This document shows positions 23,806 through 33,282 of a stretch of 39,604 nt of DNA, piece after piece. A model generated the notes under the pieces. That model was not told where the DNA came from, searched no databases, and saw only the letters and a list, made by a program, of their open reading frames with translations. Source of the DNA: a bacterium. GTDB lineage: Bacteria > Sysuimicrobiota > Sysuimicrobiia > Sysuimicrobiales > Sysuimicrobiaceae. The stretch lies in the NCBI GenBank assembly GCA_046289555.1, contig JBKBVM010000001.1, forward strand, positions 1 through 39,604, given 5' to 3'. How positions within the stretch are numbered: position 1 is the stretch's first letter; every line of letters starts with the position of its first letter. The position numbers were made by a program, and so were the translations under genes.

Positions 23806-25554
23806 ATGCAGGGCGAGATCGTGAGGATCGCGGGTCCGGCGGTGATCGCCCGCGGGATGCGGGGGGCCCGGATGTACGACATCGTCCGCGTCGGCAACGA
23901 GCGGCTGGTGGGGGAGATCATCCGGCTCAGCGGGGACACCGCCTTCATCCAGGTGTACGAGGACACCTCGGGCCTTTTGGTGGGCGAGCCGGTGGAGAGC
24001 ACCGGTCTGCCGCTGGCGGTGGAGCTGGGGCCGGGGCTGCTGAGCAACATCTTCGACGGGATCCAGCGGCCGCTGCCGGCGGTCCGCAGCCAGCAGGGCG
24101 ACTTCATCCGGCGGGGTGCGGTGGCCCCGGCGCTGGACCGGCAGCGGCGTTGGCCCTTCCGCCCCACGGTGTCCATAGGCCAGGAGGTGGGCCCCGGGGA
24201 CGTGATTGGGGAGGTGCAGGAGTTCGGCTTCGCGCACCGTATCCTGGTCCCGCCCGAGGCGCGGCCGTCGCGGGTGGCGGAGATCGGGGAGGGGGAGTTC
24301 ACCGTGACGGACGTGGTGGCCCGCCTGGAGGACGGCCGGGAGCTCCGGCTGATGCACACTTGGCCCGTGCGGCTGGCGCGGCCCGCATCCCGAAGGCTGG
24401 ATCCCCGGGAGCCCCTGGTGACCGGGCAGCGGATCATCGACGTGCTGTTCCCCGTGGCCATGGGGGGGACGGCGGCCATTCCGGGCCCCTTCGGGAGCGG
24501 GAAGACCGTGATGCAGCAGACCCTGGCGAAGTGGGCCGACGCGGACGTGATCATCTACGTCGGCTGTGGGGAGCGCGGCAACGAGATGACCCACGTGCTG
24601 GACGAGTTTCCGGAGCTGGAAGACCCCCGTACGGGCCGACCCCTGATGGAGCGGACCATCATCATCGCCAACACGAGCAACATGCCCGTGGCCGCCCGGG
24701 AGGCGAGCGTGTACACGGGGATCACCATGGCTGAGTACTGGCGGGACCAGGGGTACAAGGTCGCCCTGATGGCGGACTCCACCAGCCGGTGGGCGGAGGC
24801 CATGCGGGAGATCTCCAGCCGGTTGGAGGAGATGCCCGCGGAGGAGGGTTACCCGCCCTACCTGTCCAGCCGCCTGGCGGCTTTCTACGAGCGGGCGGGC
24901 CGGGTGGTGTGCCTGGGCCGGCCGGAGCGGCGCGGCGCCATCACCGTCATCGGCGCGGTCTCGCCTCCCGGGGGAGACCTTTCCGAGCCCGTCACCCAGG
25001 CCACCCTGCGGATCGTGGGCACCTTCTGGTCCCTGGACGCAGGGCTCGCGAACCGGCGCCACTTCCCTTCCATCCACTGGCTGCGGTCCTACAGCCTGTA
25101 CACGCCCCTGTTCCGGGACTGGTATCGTCAGAACCTGCCCGAGGACTTCGAGGCGCTGCGGGAGCGGGCCTCCGCCCTGCTCCAGAAAGAGGCCGAGCTG
25201 CAGGAGATCGTGCAGCTGGTGGGGCCGGACGCCCTGCAGGACGACCAGCGCCTGGTCATCGAGGCGGGCAAGATGCTCCGGGAGGACTTCCTCCAGCAGT
25301 CCGCCTTCTCCGAGGTGGACGCCTACTGCCCGCCCATCAAGTCGTACGGGATCCTGAAGGCGATCCTGAGCTTCTACGATGAGGCGAGTGCGGCCCTCCG
25401 GCGCGGCGTCTCCATGGATGAGATCTTGAACCTGCCGCAGATCCAGGAGATCGCGCGGATGAAGGAGGTGCCCGCGGACCGGTTCCCCGCCTACACGGAG
25501 GAGTTCCTCCGCAGGATGGCGGAAGCGTTCCGGGAGCCCGCGGGCGCGCACTGA
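23806..25554 (+). CDS. atpA: A/V-type ATPase catalytic subunit A
   Basis: Listed ORF 23800..25554. It is near-collinear with my recollection of Thermus thermophilus subunit A ([28 protein letters not shown]..., Walker [10 protein letters not shown], ...[34 protein letters not shown]...). I preferred ATG 23806, which lies 8 nt after AAGGAGG, over GTG 23800. Confidence 0.95.
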   Translation: MQGEIVRIAGPAVIARGMRGARMYDIVRVGNERLVGEIIRLSGDTAFIQVYEDTSGLLVGEPVESTGLPLAVELGPGLLSNIFDGIQRPLPAVRSQQGDFIRRGAVAPALDRQRRWPFRPTVSIGQEVGPGDVIGEVQEFGFAHRILVPPEARPSRVAEIGEGEFTVTDVVARLEDGRELRLMHTWPVRLARPASRRLDPREPLVTGQRIIDVLFPVAMGGTAAIPGPFGSGKTVMQQTLAKWADADVIIYVGCGERGNEMTHVLDEFPELEDPRTGRPLMERTIIIANTSNMPVAAREASVYTGITMAEYWRDQGYKVALMADSTSRWAEAMREISSRLEEMPAEEGYPPYLSSRLAAFYERAGRVVCLGRPERRGAITVIGAVSPPGGDLSEPVTQATLRIVGTFWSLDAGLANRRHFPSIHWLRSYSLYTPLFRDWYRQNLPEDFEALRERASALLQKEAELQEIVQLVGPDALQDDQRLVIEAGKMLREDFLQQSAFSEVDAYCPPIKSYGILKAILSFYDEASAALRRGVSMDEILNLPQIQEIARMKEVPADRFPAYTEEFLRRMAEAFREPAGAH

Positions 25555-25573
25555 GTCGGGGAGGCGAACGGCC

Positions 25574-26998
25574 ATGGAACTGGCGACCAAACGTTACCAG
25601 TCCATCTCGTACATCTCCGGACCCCTGCTGTTCGTGGAAGGGGCCCAGGACCTGGCCTACGGCGCCATCGTGAACATCCACCTGCCTGACGGCAGTGTCC
25701 GGGGGGGGCAGGTCATCGAGGTGTCCCGGCAGCACGCGGTCATCCAGGTGTTCGAGGAGACCACGGGCCTGGATGTAGCCCGGACCTCGGTGAGCCTGCG
25801 GGAGGACGTGGCCCGCTTCGGGGTGAGCCCGGAGATCATCGGCCGGCGGTTCAACGGACGCGGGGAGCCCATTGACGGGCTGCCGCCCATCATCCCGGAG
25901 AAACGCCTGCCCATCATCGGATCTCCCATCAACCCCGTGGCCCGACAGCGGCCCCAGGAGTTCATCCAGACCGGGATCAGTAGCATCGACGGGCTGAACA
26001 CCCTGGTGCGGGGCCAGAAGCTGCCCATCTTCTCGGGGGCGGGCCTACCGCACAACGAGATCGCGGCGCAGATCGCCCGGCAGGCGAAGGTGCTGGGGGA
26101 GGAGGAGGAGTTCGCGGTGGTGTTCGCCGCCATGGGGATCACCCAGCGGGAGGCGGCGTACTTCATCGAGCAGTTCGAGGCCACGGGGGCCCTGTCGCGC
26201 AGCGTGGTGTTCCTGAACCTAGCGGACGACCCCACCATCGAGCGCCTCATGACCCCCCGGCTGGCCCTGACCACCGCGGAGTACATGGCCTTCGAGCTGG
26301 ACAAGCAGGTCCTCGTGATCCTCACCGATATGACCAACTACTGTGAGAGCCTGCGGGAGATCGGCGCCGCGCGGGAGGAGATCCCCGGGCGGCGGGGGTA
26401 CCCCGGTTACATGTATACGGACCTCGCGACCATCTACGAGCGGGCGGGTCGGATCCAGGGACGGAAGGGGTCGGTGACCCAGCTGCCGATCCTGACCATG
26501 CCCGACGACGACATCACCCACCCCATCCCCGACCTGACGGGCTACATCACCGAGGGACAGATCGTGCTGAGCCGGGCCCTGCACCGGCAGGGGATCTACC
26601 CGCCCATCAACCCGCTCCCGAGCCTGTCCCGGTTGATGAACGACGGCATCGGCCCGGGCCGGACCCGGGAGGACCACGCGGGGCTGAAGGACCAGCTGTT
26701 CAGCGCGTACGCCAACGGGGTGGATCTCCGGCGGCTGGTGGCCATCATCGGAGAGGAGGCCCTGACGGAGCGGGACCGGCTGTACCTGCGCTTCGCCGAC
26801 GCCTTCGAACGGGAGTTCCTCAACCAGGGCAACACAGAGCGGAGCATCGAGGAGACCCTGAACCTGGGCTGGAAGCTCCTGTCGCTGCTCCCCAGGGCGG
26901 AGCTGAAGCGCGTGAAGCAGGACCACGTGGAGAAGTACTACTTCGGCGAGGCGGTGGAGCAGCTGTGGGCGGAGGAGGAGCGCCTGTCCCGGCGCTAG
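25574..26998 (+). CDS. atpB: A/V-type ATPase subunit B
   Basis: Listed ORF (474 aa). It carries [59 protein letters not shown] and [20 protein letters not shown]. Confidence 0.95.
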   Translation: MELATKRYQSISYISGPLLFVEGAQDLAYGAIVNIHLPDGSVRGGQVIEVSRQHAVIQVFEETTGLDVARTSVSLREDVARFGVSPEIIGRRFNGRGEPIDGLPPIIPEKRLPIIGSPINPVARQRPQEFIQTGISSIDGLNTLVRGQKLPIFSGAGLPHNEIAAQIARQAKVLGEEEEFAVVFAAMGITQREAAYFIEQFEATGALSRSVVFLNLADDPTIERLMTPRLALTTAEYMAFELDKQVLVILTDMTNYCESLREIGAAREEIPGRRGYPGYMYTDLATIYERAGRIQGRKGSVTQLPILTMPDDDITHPIPDLTGYITEGQIVLSRALHRQGIYPPINPLPSLSRLMNDGIGPGRTREDHAGLKDQLFSAYANGVDLRRLVAIIGEEALTERDRLYLRFADAFEREFLNQGNTERSIEETLNLGWKLLSLLPRAELKRVKQDHVEKYYFGEAVEQLWAEEERLSRR

Positions 26999-27032
26999 GC
27001 GCGCCGGCGTAGGAGCTAAGGGGGCTGTCGCC

Positions 27033-27668
27033 ATGCCGGAACTCGTCAGCCCGACCCGGATGAACCTCCTGCAGCGGAAGAACCAGCTGCGCGTGGCGCA
27101 GCAGGGGGTGGACCTGCTCAAGCGCAAGCGGGACGCCCTGGTGTCGGAGTTCTTCCAGGTGGTGCGTCAGGCCCTGGAGGCCCGGGAGCGGCTGAACGCG
27201 GTCTCCGAGAAGGCCTACGTGATCCTGAGCCTGGCAAAGGCGGTGGATGGGCGTCAGGCCCTGGAGGCTGCTGCCCTGACGGAACGTCGGCCCGTGATGG
27301 TGGACGTAGAGATCCGCAACATCTGGGGCATCAAGGTGCCCGAGGTGCACAGCCACCGCGTCCGCCGGTCGTTCCTGGAACGGGGCCTGAGCCCTACCGC
27401 CACCAGCGTGCGAACCCTCGAGAGCCAGGAGGCTTTCGAGGAGGTGCTGAACGCCATCCTGCAGGTGGCGAGCACCGAGCTGCGGCTGCGCAAGATCGGG
27501 GAGGAGATCAAGAAGACCACCCGTCGGGTGAACGCCCTCGAGCAGATCGTGATCCCCAGGATCCGGGCGGAGATCCGGTACATTAACGACGTGCTGGAGC
27601 AGCGGGCCCGGGAGGATGTGTTCCGGCTCAAGCGGATCAAGAAGAAGCTGGAGGCACGCCAGGCCTGA
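27033..27668 (+). CDS. atpD: A/V-type ATPase subunit D (central stalk)
   Basis: Listed ORF (211 aa). SPTRMNLLQRKNQLRVAQQGVDLLKRKRDALVSEF and the C-terminal RRVNALEQIVIPRIRAEIRYINDVLEQRAREDVFRLKRIK are characteristic. Confidence 0.92.
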   Translation: MPELVSPTRMNLLQRKNQLRVAQQGVDLLKRKRDALVSEFFQVVRQALEARERLNAVSEKAYVILSLAKAVDGRQALEAAALTERRPVMVDVEIRNIWGIKVPEVHSHRVRRSFLERGLSPTATSVRTLESQEAFEEVLNAILQVASTELRLRKIGEEIKKTTRRVNALEQIVIPRIRAEIRYINDVLEQRAREDVFRLKRIKKKLEARQA

Positions 27669-27700
27669 GGCCGCGCGGGCGCAGCCGCTATACTAGAGGC

Positions 27701-28471
27701 GTGTCGACCCGCAGCGAACCCATGGAAGGGAGCCCGGGGCGGTCTAGGGGCGTGCGGCCGACGCGGCTCCAGCTGGTCCTCACGGCAGCCCTCCTGGCCG
27801 CCGGGCTGCTGGTAACCTGGCAGCTCAAGGCGGAGCGGTCCATCCGCGCCAGCCTTCGGATCCCCTCCCAGCGGCTCGAGGAGCTGGCGTTCCTCCTCCA
27901 AGAGCAAAGCCGCCACCGGGAGCGGCTGGAGGACGAGATCGCCAGCTTGCGGGCGCAGCTGGCCCGTTACGAGGAAGCGGCCACCCGCAACCAGGGGGCG
28001 CAGCGGGAGCTGCGGCGCCGGCTAGAGGCGCTGAGGCTGGCCAGCGGGGTGGAGGCCCTTCGGGGCCCCGGGGTGGTGGTGGAGCTCCGGGACAGCCCTC
28101 AGCGCCTGCAGCCGGGCGACGACCCCAACCTGGTCCTGATCCACTACACCGACGTCCAGGCCGTGGTGGCGACCCTTTGGGCAGCGGGAGCGGAGGCCGT
28201 AGCGGTCAACGGGGAACGGGTGGTTTCCACCACGGGTCTGAGCTGTGTGGGGACCACGATCCTGTGTAACGCGAGGCGGCTGGCACCGCCCTACGTGATC
28301 GTGGCCCTGGGCGATCCTGAGGCCCTGCTCACAGCCCTGGAGGCCGAGGACAGCCCCCTGGCCACCCTGCGGGCGTTCCAGTTCCCCGTGCGGGTGACCC
28401 GGTCCGCGGACCTGCGGGTCCCCGCGTACCGGGGCGGCTTCCAGTTCCGGTTTGCGCGGGCGGATCGCTGA
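27701..28471 (+). CDS. DUF881 domain membrane protein (YlxW/YlxX-like, division-associated)
   Basis: Listed ORF (256 aa, GTG start). It has one N-terminal TM helix, a coiled-coil, then GPGVVVELRD...VLIHYTDVQAVVATLWAAGAEAVAVNGERVVSTTGLSCVGTTILCN...PPYVIVALGDPEAL, the DUF881 core pattern. Confidence 0.8.
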   Translation: MSTRSEPMEGSPGRSRGVRPTRLQLVLTAALLAAGLLVTWQLKAERSIRASLRIPSQRLEELAFLLQEQSRHRERLEDEIASLRAQLARYEEAATRNQGAQRELRRRLEALRLASGVEALRGPGVVVELRDSPQRLQPGDDPNLVLIHYTDVQAVVATLWAAGAEAVAVNGERVVSTTGLSCVGTTILCNARRLAPPYVIVALGDPEALLTALEAEDSPLATLRAFQFPVRVTRSADLRVPAYRGGFQFRFARADR

Positions 28472-28508
28472 GCCTGACTTTCAGGGCAAACGGAGGGAGG
28501 GGTCGCGG

Positions 28509-28889
28509 ATGTGGCTTCCGTTAGGGGGGCTAGCGGCGGGGGTGCTGTTGGGCCTGCTGGTGGGTGTGGAGATCCCTCTGGGCTTAGTGAAGTACACCGC
28601 CATCGCGGTGCTGGCGGCTTTGGACACCCTCCTGGGGGGGCTGCGGGCGCAGCTCGAGGGACGGTTCGACCTGGTAGTGTTCACCAGCGGCTTTGTGGTG
28701 AACACCTCCTTCGCGGCCCTCCTGACCGCCATCGGAGACCTGCTCGGCGTCGACGTGTACCTCGGGGCGGTGATCGTGTTCAGCATGCGGATCTTCAACA
28801 ACGTGAGCTTCATCCGCCGGGACCTCCTCCGAGGGTTCACGCGGGAGCCCGTGGCGGTGAGCGGTAGCGGAGCATCCGAAGGGAGGTGA
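28509..28889 (+). CDS. sbp: small basic protein Sbp (DUF1290)
   Basis: This is the C-terminal 126 aa of listed ORF 28452..28889. MWLPLGGLAAGVLLGLLVGVEIP...AVLAALDTLLGGLRAQLEGRFD...VFTSGF...GVDVYLGAVIVFSMRIFNNVSFIRRDLL is collinear with my recollection of B. subtilis Sbp. ATG 28509 is preceded by GGAGGGAGGGG. Confidence 0.85.
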   Translation: MWLPLGGLAAGVLLGLLVGVEIPLGLVKYTAIAVLAALDTLLGGLRAQLEGRFDLVVFTSGFVVNTSFAALLTAIGDLLGVDVYLGAVIVFSMRIFNNVSFIRRDLLRGFTREPVAVSGSGASEGR

Positions 28890-28893
28890 AACC

Positions 28894-29907
28894 ATGACCG
28901 TGCGGGTGGGGATCAATGGATTCGGCCGGATCGGCCGGCAGGTCCTGAGGGCCATGCTCCAGAGGTGTTCGGACACCCTGGAGGTGGTGGCGATCAACGA
29001 CTTGGTGGACGCCCAGATGAACGCGTACCTGTTCAAGTACGACACCAACTACGGCGTGTACCCGGGGACCGTGGAGGTCCGGGATGGGGAGATCGCCATC
29101 GATGGGCACCCCGTCCGCGTGTTCGCGGAGCGCGACCCGGGGAGGATCCCGTGGCGGGAGGTGGGCGTGGAGCTGGTGGTGGAGTCCACCGGGCTGTTCA
29201 CCGACGCCCAGAAGGCGCGGGCGCACCTGGACGCCGGCGCGAAGCGGGTGATCATCTCCGCCCCGGCCAAGAACGAGGACCTCACCGTCGTCCTGGGGGT
29301 GAACGAGGACCGCTACGACCCCGCCCGCCACCGGATCGTGTCCAACGCATCGTGCACCACCAACGGGCTGGCGCCGGTGGCGCGGGTTCTGCACGAGGAG
29401 TTCGGCATCGAGAAGGGGATCCTCACCACGGTGCACGCGTACACCAACTCCCAGCGGCTGCTGGACGTGGCCGCCAAGGACCCCCGGGACGCACGCGCCG
29501 CGGCCATGAACATCGTCCCGTCGGAAACGGGGGCTGCGCGGGCGGTGGGGCTGGTGATCCCCGAGCTCCAGGGGAAGTTCACGGGGATGGCCTTCCGGGT
29601 GCCCGTGTCCACGGTCTCCGTCATCGACTTCACGGTGCTCCTGCGGCGCCAGGTGACGCGGGAGGAGGTGAACGCCGCCGTCCGCCGGTGGGCGGAGGAA
29701 CGGATCCCAGAAATCCTCGGCTACACAGAGGAGCCCCTGGTGAGCAGCGACCTGAAGGGGGACTCCCGGTCCTCCATCTTCAGTGGTCTGGATACCCTGG
29801 TGGTGGGCGGCAACCTGGTGAAGGTGGTGTCCTGGTACGACAACGAGTGGGGCTATGCCTGCCGCGTGGCGGACCTGGCTCGGTACATGGCGGAGCGGGG
29901 GGTCTAG
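28894..29907 (+). CDS. gap: type I glyceraldehyde-3-phosphate dehydrogenase
   Basis: Listed ORF (337 aa). It carries VGINGFGRIGR, the active-site SNASCTTNGLAP and WYDNEWGY. The SD GGGAGGTGA overlaps the sbp stop. Confidence 0.96.
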   Translation: MTVRVGINGFGRIGRQVLRAMLQRCSDTLEVVAINDLVDAQMNAYLFKYDTNYGVYPGTVEVRDGEIAIDGHPVRVFAERDPGRIPWREVGVELVVESTGLFTDAQKARAHLDAGAKRVIISAPAKNEDLTVVLGVNEDRYDPARHRIVSNASCTTNGLAPVARVLHEEFGIEKGILTTVHAYTNSQRLLDVAAKDPRDARAAAMNIVPSETGAARAVGLVIPELQGKFTGMAFRVPVSTVSVIDFTVLLRRQVTREEVNAAVRRWAEERIPEILGYTEEPLVSSDLKGDSRSSIFSGLDTLVVGGNLVKVVSWYDNEWGYACRVADLARYMAERGV

Positions 29908-29949
29908 GGGCCGGGGCCTCGGCAGTCGGCTGGCGGAGAGGCTGCGGGG

Positions 29950-31134
29950 ATGGAGAAGCGGACGATCCGGGACGTGGACGTGGCGGGCCGGCGGGTGCTG
30001 GTCCGGGTGGACTTCAACGTTCCGCTGGATGAACGGGGCCGGGTGACGGACGACCGGCGCATCCGGGAGTCGTTACCCACCGTGCAGTACCTGCTCGACC
30101 GCGGCGCCGCGGTGGTCCTGATGTCTCACCTGGGCCGCCCCGGCGGGCGCGTGGTGGACAGCCTGCGGATGGCCCCCGTGGGCGAGCGGCTGGCACAGCT
30201 GTTGGCCCGGCCGGTGCAGGTCCTGCCGGACTGTGTGGGCCCGGAGGTGGAGGCGGCGGTGGCGCGGATGCAGCCGGGGGACGTGGTGTTGCTGGAGAAC
30301 CTGCGCTTCCACCCCGAGGAAGAGGCCAACGATCCCGACTTTGCCGCCCGTCTGGCCCGGTTGGCGGATCTGTACGTGAACGACGCGTTCGGCACCGCCC
30401 ACCGGGCCCACGCCTCCACCGTAGGCGTAGCCCGGTACCTGCCCGCGGTGGCGGGCCTTCTCATGGAGAAGGAGATCCGCTACCTCAGCCGCCTTCTGGA
30501 GAACCCCGACCACCCCTTCGTGGCGGTGCTGGGCGGCAAGAAGGTCTCCGACAAGATCGGGGTCCTCAGCAACCTCCTGGAACGCGTGGACGCGGTGCTG
30601 GTGGGAGGGGGGATGGCCTATACCTTCCTGAAGGCGTGTGGTTCCGGTGTGGGGCGCTCGGTGGTGGAGGAGGACAAGCTGGAGCTGGCGCGGGAGCTGA
30701 TGGAACGGGCGCAGGCGCGGGGCGTGGAGTTGCTGCTGCCGGAGGACGTGGTGGCGGCGGAGCGGCCCAGCGCCGAGGCGCCCAGGCGCGTGGTCCCGGC
30801 GGGCGAGATCCCGGAGGGGTGGATGGGCCTAGACATCGGACCGGCCACGGCACGGCGGTTCGCGCAGGTGGTGGAGGGCGCGCGGCTGGTGGTGTGGAAC
30901 GGACCCATGGGGGTGTTCGAGCTGGAACCCTTCGCGGAGGGTACCCGGCGTGTGGCGGAAGCGGTGGCCCGGTGTCCCGGGGTCACCGTGGTGGGCGGAG
31001 GGGACACCGCGGCCGCGGTGGATCAGTTCGGCCTGCTGGAACGCTTCGACCACGTGAGCACAGGCGGAGGCGCTACCCTGGAGTTCCTGGAGGGTAAGGA
31101 GCTGCCGGGGATTCGGGTCCTGCAGGACCGGTAG
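29950..31134 (+). CDS. pgk: phosphoglycerate kinase
   Basis: Listed ORF (394 aa). It carries RVDFNVPLD, VLMSHLGRP, VNDAFGTAHRAHAS, LGGKKVSDKIGV and STGGGATLEFLEGKELPG. Confidence 0.96.
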   Translation: MEKRTIRDVDVAGRRVLVRVDFNVPLDERGRVTDDRRIRESLPTVQYLLDRGAAVVLMSHLGRPGGRVVDSLRMAPVGERLAQLLARPVQVLPDCVGPEVEAAVARMQPGDVVLLENLRFHPEEEANDPDFAARLARLADLYVNDAFGTAHRAHASTVGVARYLPAVAGLLMEKEIRYLSRLLENPDHPFVAVLGGKKVSDKIGVLSNLLERVDAVLVGGGMAYTFLKACGSGVGRSVVEEDKLELARELMERAQARGVELLLPEDVVAAERPSAEAPRRVVPAGEIPEGWMGLDIGPATARRFAQVVEGARLVVWNGPMGVFELEPFAEGTRRVAEAVARCPGVTVVGGGDTAAAVDQFGLLERFDHVSTGGGATLEFLEGKELPGIRVLQDR

Positions 31135-31137
31135 CCC

Positions 31138-31905
31138 GTGCGCACACCCCTGGTAGCCGCCAACTGGAAGATGCACAAGACGCGGGCGGAGGCCGGGGCG
31201 TTCGTGGAGGCAGCCCTGCCCCGCCTGGCTGTCATGGAGGGCGTGGAGGTGGTGCTCTGCCCGCCGTACACCGCCCTGGAGACCGTAGGCCGCCTCCTGC
31301 AGGGGACCGCGGTGCGGCTGGGTGCCCAGAACCTGCACTGGGAGCGCCAGGGGGCGTTCACGGGGGAAGTGTCGCCCCCCATGCTGGTGGAGGTGGGCTG
31401 CGCGTACGTCATCGTGGGGCACTCCGAGCGGCGGCGGCTGTTCGGCGAGACCGACGACCGGGTGCGGCGCAAGGTTCGGGCGGCGTTCGACGCGGGTCTG
31501 GTGCCCATCGTGTGCGTGGGCGAGACCCTGGAGGAACGGCAGGCAGGCCTCACGGACTCCCGCGTCACCGACCAGCTGGCGGAGGCGACCGCAGACCTCT
31601 CCGCGGAGGACGTGGCGCGCCTCGTGGTCGCCTACGAGCCCGTGTGGGCGATCGGGACCGGACACGCGGCCACGGGGGAGGAGGCGAACCGCGTGAGTGG
31701 GCTCATCCGTACCTGGCTGCGGGGCCGCTTCGGTTCCGCCGCGGACGCCACCCGTGTCCAGTACGGCGGCAGCGTGAGCACCCGCAACGCGGCGGAGTTC
31801 CTGCAGCAGCCCGAGGTGGACGGCGCCCTGGTGGGCGGGGCGAGCCTGGATCCGGAGGAGTTCGTGGGGATCGTCCAGCTGGCCGCCCGGGCGACTGGCC
31901 CCTAG
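31138..31905 (+). CDS. tpiA: triose-phosphate isomerase
   Basis: Listed ORF (255 aa, GTG start 3 nt after the pgk stop). It carries VAANWKMHKT, VIVGHSERR, AYEPVWAIGTG and QYGGSV. Confidence 0.95.
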   Translation: MRTPLVAANWKMHKTRAEAGAFVEAALPRLAVMEGVEVVLCPPYTALETVGRLLQGTAVRLGAQNLHWERQGAFTGEVSPPMLVEVGCAYVIVGHSERRRLFGETDDRVRRKVRAAFDAGLVPIVCVGETLEERQAGLTDSRVTDQLAEATADLSAEDVARLVVAYEPVWAIGTGHAATGEEANRVSGLIRTWLRGRFGSAADATRVQYGGSVSTRNAAEFLQQPEVDGALVGGASLDPEEFVGIVQLAARATGP

Positions 31906-31977
31906 CCATGTCCCCGCTTCTGTTCCGCATACCCGCAGTTCAAGGAGCTGGGGGCAGCGGGTCTCCAGCCCCGCCGG

Positions 31978-32006
31978 TTGCGGGAACGAAGTGGCCCCGG
32001 TAGAAT
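31978..32006 (+). promoter_or_regulatory. candidate promoter for secG
   Basis: TTGCGG (31978-31983), a 17-nt spacer, then TAGAAT (32001-32006). This is the same architecture as the pyrG candidate promoter. It lies about 33 nt upstream of the secG start. Confidence 0.45.
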
Positions 32007-32038
32007 GGCCGCGGCACTCCCATCGGGAGGAGACGGGC

Positions 32039-32257
32039 GTGGACAAGGTCGTGTTGATCCTGCACTTCGTCCTGGCCGCGGCGGCCGTAGGGCTCGTGCT
32101 GCTGCAAGGGCCCAAGGGAGAGGGTCTCGGAGCCATCGGCGGGAGCGCCCGGCTGTTCCACGGGCCGAGGCCCCGCGAGACTTTCTTCACCCGAACCACC
32201 GCGGTGGTGGCCGTCCTGTTCGCCCTCACCAGCACCTACCTGGCGTTCGTGCGCTGA
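32039..32257 (+). CDS. secG: preprotein translocase subunit SecG
   Basis: This is the C-terminal 72 aa of listed ORF 31991..32257. GTG 32039 lies 6 nt after GGGAGGAG. The protein has two TM helices flanking the Gly-rich loop LLQGPKGEGLGAIGGSA, typical of SecG, and is in the usual position after glycolytic genes. Confidence 0.8.
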   Translation: MDKVVLILHFVLAAAAVGLVLLQGPKGEGLGAIGGSARLFHGPRPRETFFTRTTAVVAVLFALTSTYLAFVR

Positions 32258-32284
32258 CCTCTGGCCGCCCGTCCGGGGTCGGGC

Positions 32285-32290
32285 TATAAT
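32285..32290 (+). promoter_or_regulatory. consensus -10 hexamer upstream of tRNA-Leu
   Basis: A perfect TATAAT lies 30 nt upstream of the mature tRNA 5' end. The -35 is only weak (tggccg at a 17-nt spacing). Confidence 0.4.
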
Positions 32291-32320
32291 CGGGCTGGCC
32301 GGTCCCCAGGCCGGCCGCGT

Positions 32321-32405
32321 GCCCGGATGGCGGAACTGGCAGACGCGCACGTTTGAGGGGCGTGTGGGGAAACCCGTGGGGGTTCGAATCCCCCTCCGGG
32401 CACCA
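32321..32405 (+). tRNA. tRNA-Leu (anticodon GAG), type II with long variable arm, CCA encoded
   Basis: I folded the cloverleaf by hand. Acceptor stem: GCCCGGA / TCCGGGC. D stem: GCG/CGC. Anticodon stem: CACGT/GCGTG with loop TT-GAG-GG (anticodon at 32355-32357). Variable stem-loop: GGGG-AAA-CCC. T arm: GGGGG-TTCGAAT-CCCCC. Discriminator: A, followed by CCA. Confidence 0.93.
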
Positions 32406-32409
32406 GGTC

Positions 32410-33282
32410 TCAGTCGCCGTACGGAAGTCCCAGGGCCTGTGGCTTCGCCAGCCCCCAACGGGTCCGGAACCACGGCGTGCTGATGACGGTGAGGATGGCG
32501 ATGGTCACCGCGAAGGGGACCGTCCGCCACACGTACCGGGACAGCACGCCGGGCAGGACGTACTCCGGACTCAGGGACAGCTGCCACATGGCGCCGAATA
32601 GCACCGATCCGCCTAGGAGAACCCACGGGTTCCACATGGAGAAGAACACCAGCGCCAGGCTCACGAATCCCCAACCCATGAGGAAGTTGTAGTTCCACAC
32701 CGGGTTGTACGAGAGGGTGTAAGCCGCGCCCGCGAGGCCCGCCAGGGCGCCGCCGAACACCACGCACAGGTACCGGATCCCCGCCACGTTCACGCCCGAG
32801 GCCGCCGCGGCGGCTGGGCTCTCGCCCACGGAGCGGATCGCGAGCCCCAACGACGTCCGGGAAAGCACGAACCACACCGCCACCACCAGCAGGATTCCGA
32901 AGTACACGAAGGGGGACAGGCCCAGAAGCACCGGGAAGCGCGGCAGGCCGAGGGGGCCGGTGTGGGGGCTTCCGAGGTAGGTGGTGAGGCCGAAGCTGAG
33001 GATCCACAGGCCCATGCCGCTGACCACCTGGTCGCCCCGCAGGCGGATGGAGAACAGGCCGTGGACCCAGCCCAGCAGGCCGCCCACTGCGATCCCCGCG
33101 GCCAGTCCCGCCGCGTAGCTGCCGGTGGACTGGGCCACCAGGAAAGCAGCGGTCCCGCCGAACAGCATGAGTCCTTCCAGCCCGACGTTGAGGATCCCGG
33201 ACCGCTGGTTCACCAGCTCGCCCAAAGCCGCCAGCAGGAACACCGTGGACGCTTCCAGGCTCCGGGCCACTAGCTCGCTCAC
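32410..33282 (-). CDS. ABC transporter permease (BMP/nucleoside-type importer, NupQ/YufQ-like)
   Basis: This is the C-terminal 290 aa of listed ORF 32410..34191: [43 protein letters not shown]... It is a multi-TM protein of the BPD_transp_2 type. GTG 33282 follows GGAGGG and overlaps the upstream permease stop as GTGA. The listed N-terminal 300 codons are out-of-frame junk. Confidence 0.85.
   Translation of the reverse strand: MSELVARSLEASTVFLLAALGELVNQRSGILNVGLEGLMLFGGTAAFLVAQSTGSYAAGLAAGIAVGGLLGWVHGLFSIRLRGDQVVSGMGLWILSFGLTTYLGSPHTGPLGLPRFPVLLGLSPFVYFGILLVVAVWFVLSRTSLGLAIRSVGESPAAAAASGVNVAGIRYLCVVFGGALAGLAGAAYTLSYNPVWNYNFLMGWGFVSLALVFFSMWNPWVLLGGSVLFGAMWQLSLSPEYVLPGVLSRYVWRTVPFAVTIAILTVISTPWFRTRWGLAKPQALGLPYGD

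Noticed and set aside
22963-25590. An 875-aa minus-strand ORF.
   Set aside because: It lies antisense to atpC/atpF/atpA, has low-complexity composition, and is a shadow ORF.
19182-27668. The G-I-K-E-C-F-A-B-D gene order, considered as evidence for horizontal acquisition of the ATPase from Thermus.
   Set aside because: The same order, under different subunit names, is what I recall for the Enterococcus ntpFIKECGABD operon. The order alone is the generic bacterial V-type arrangement and carries no HGT signal.
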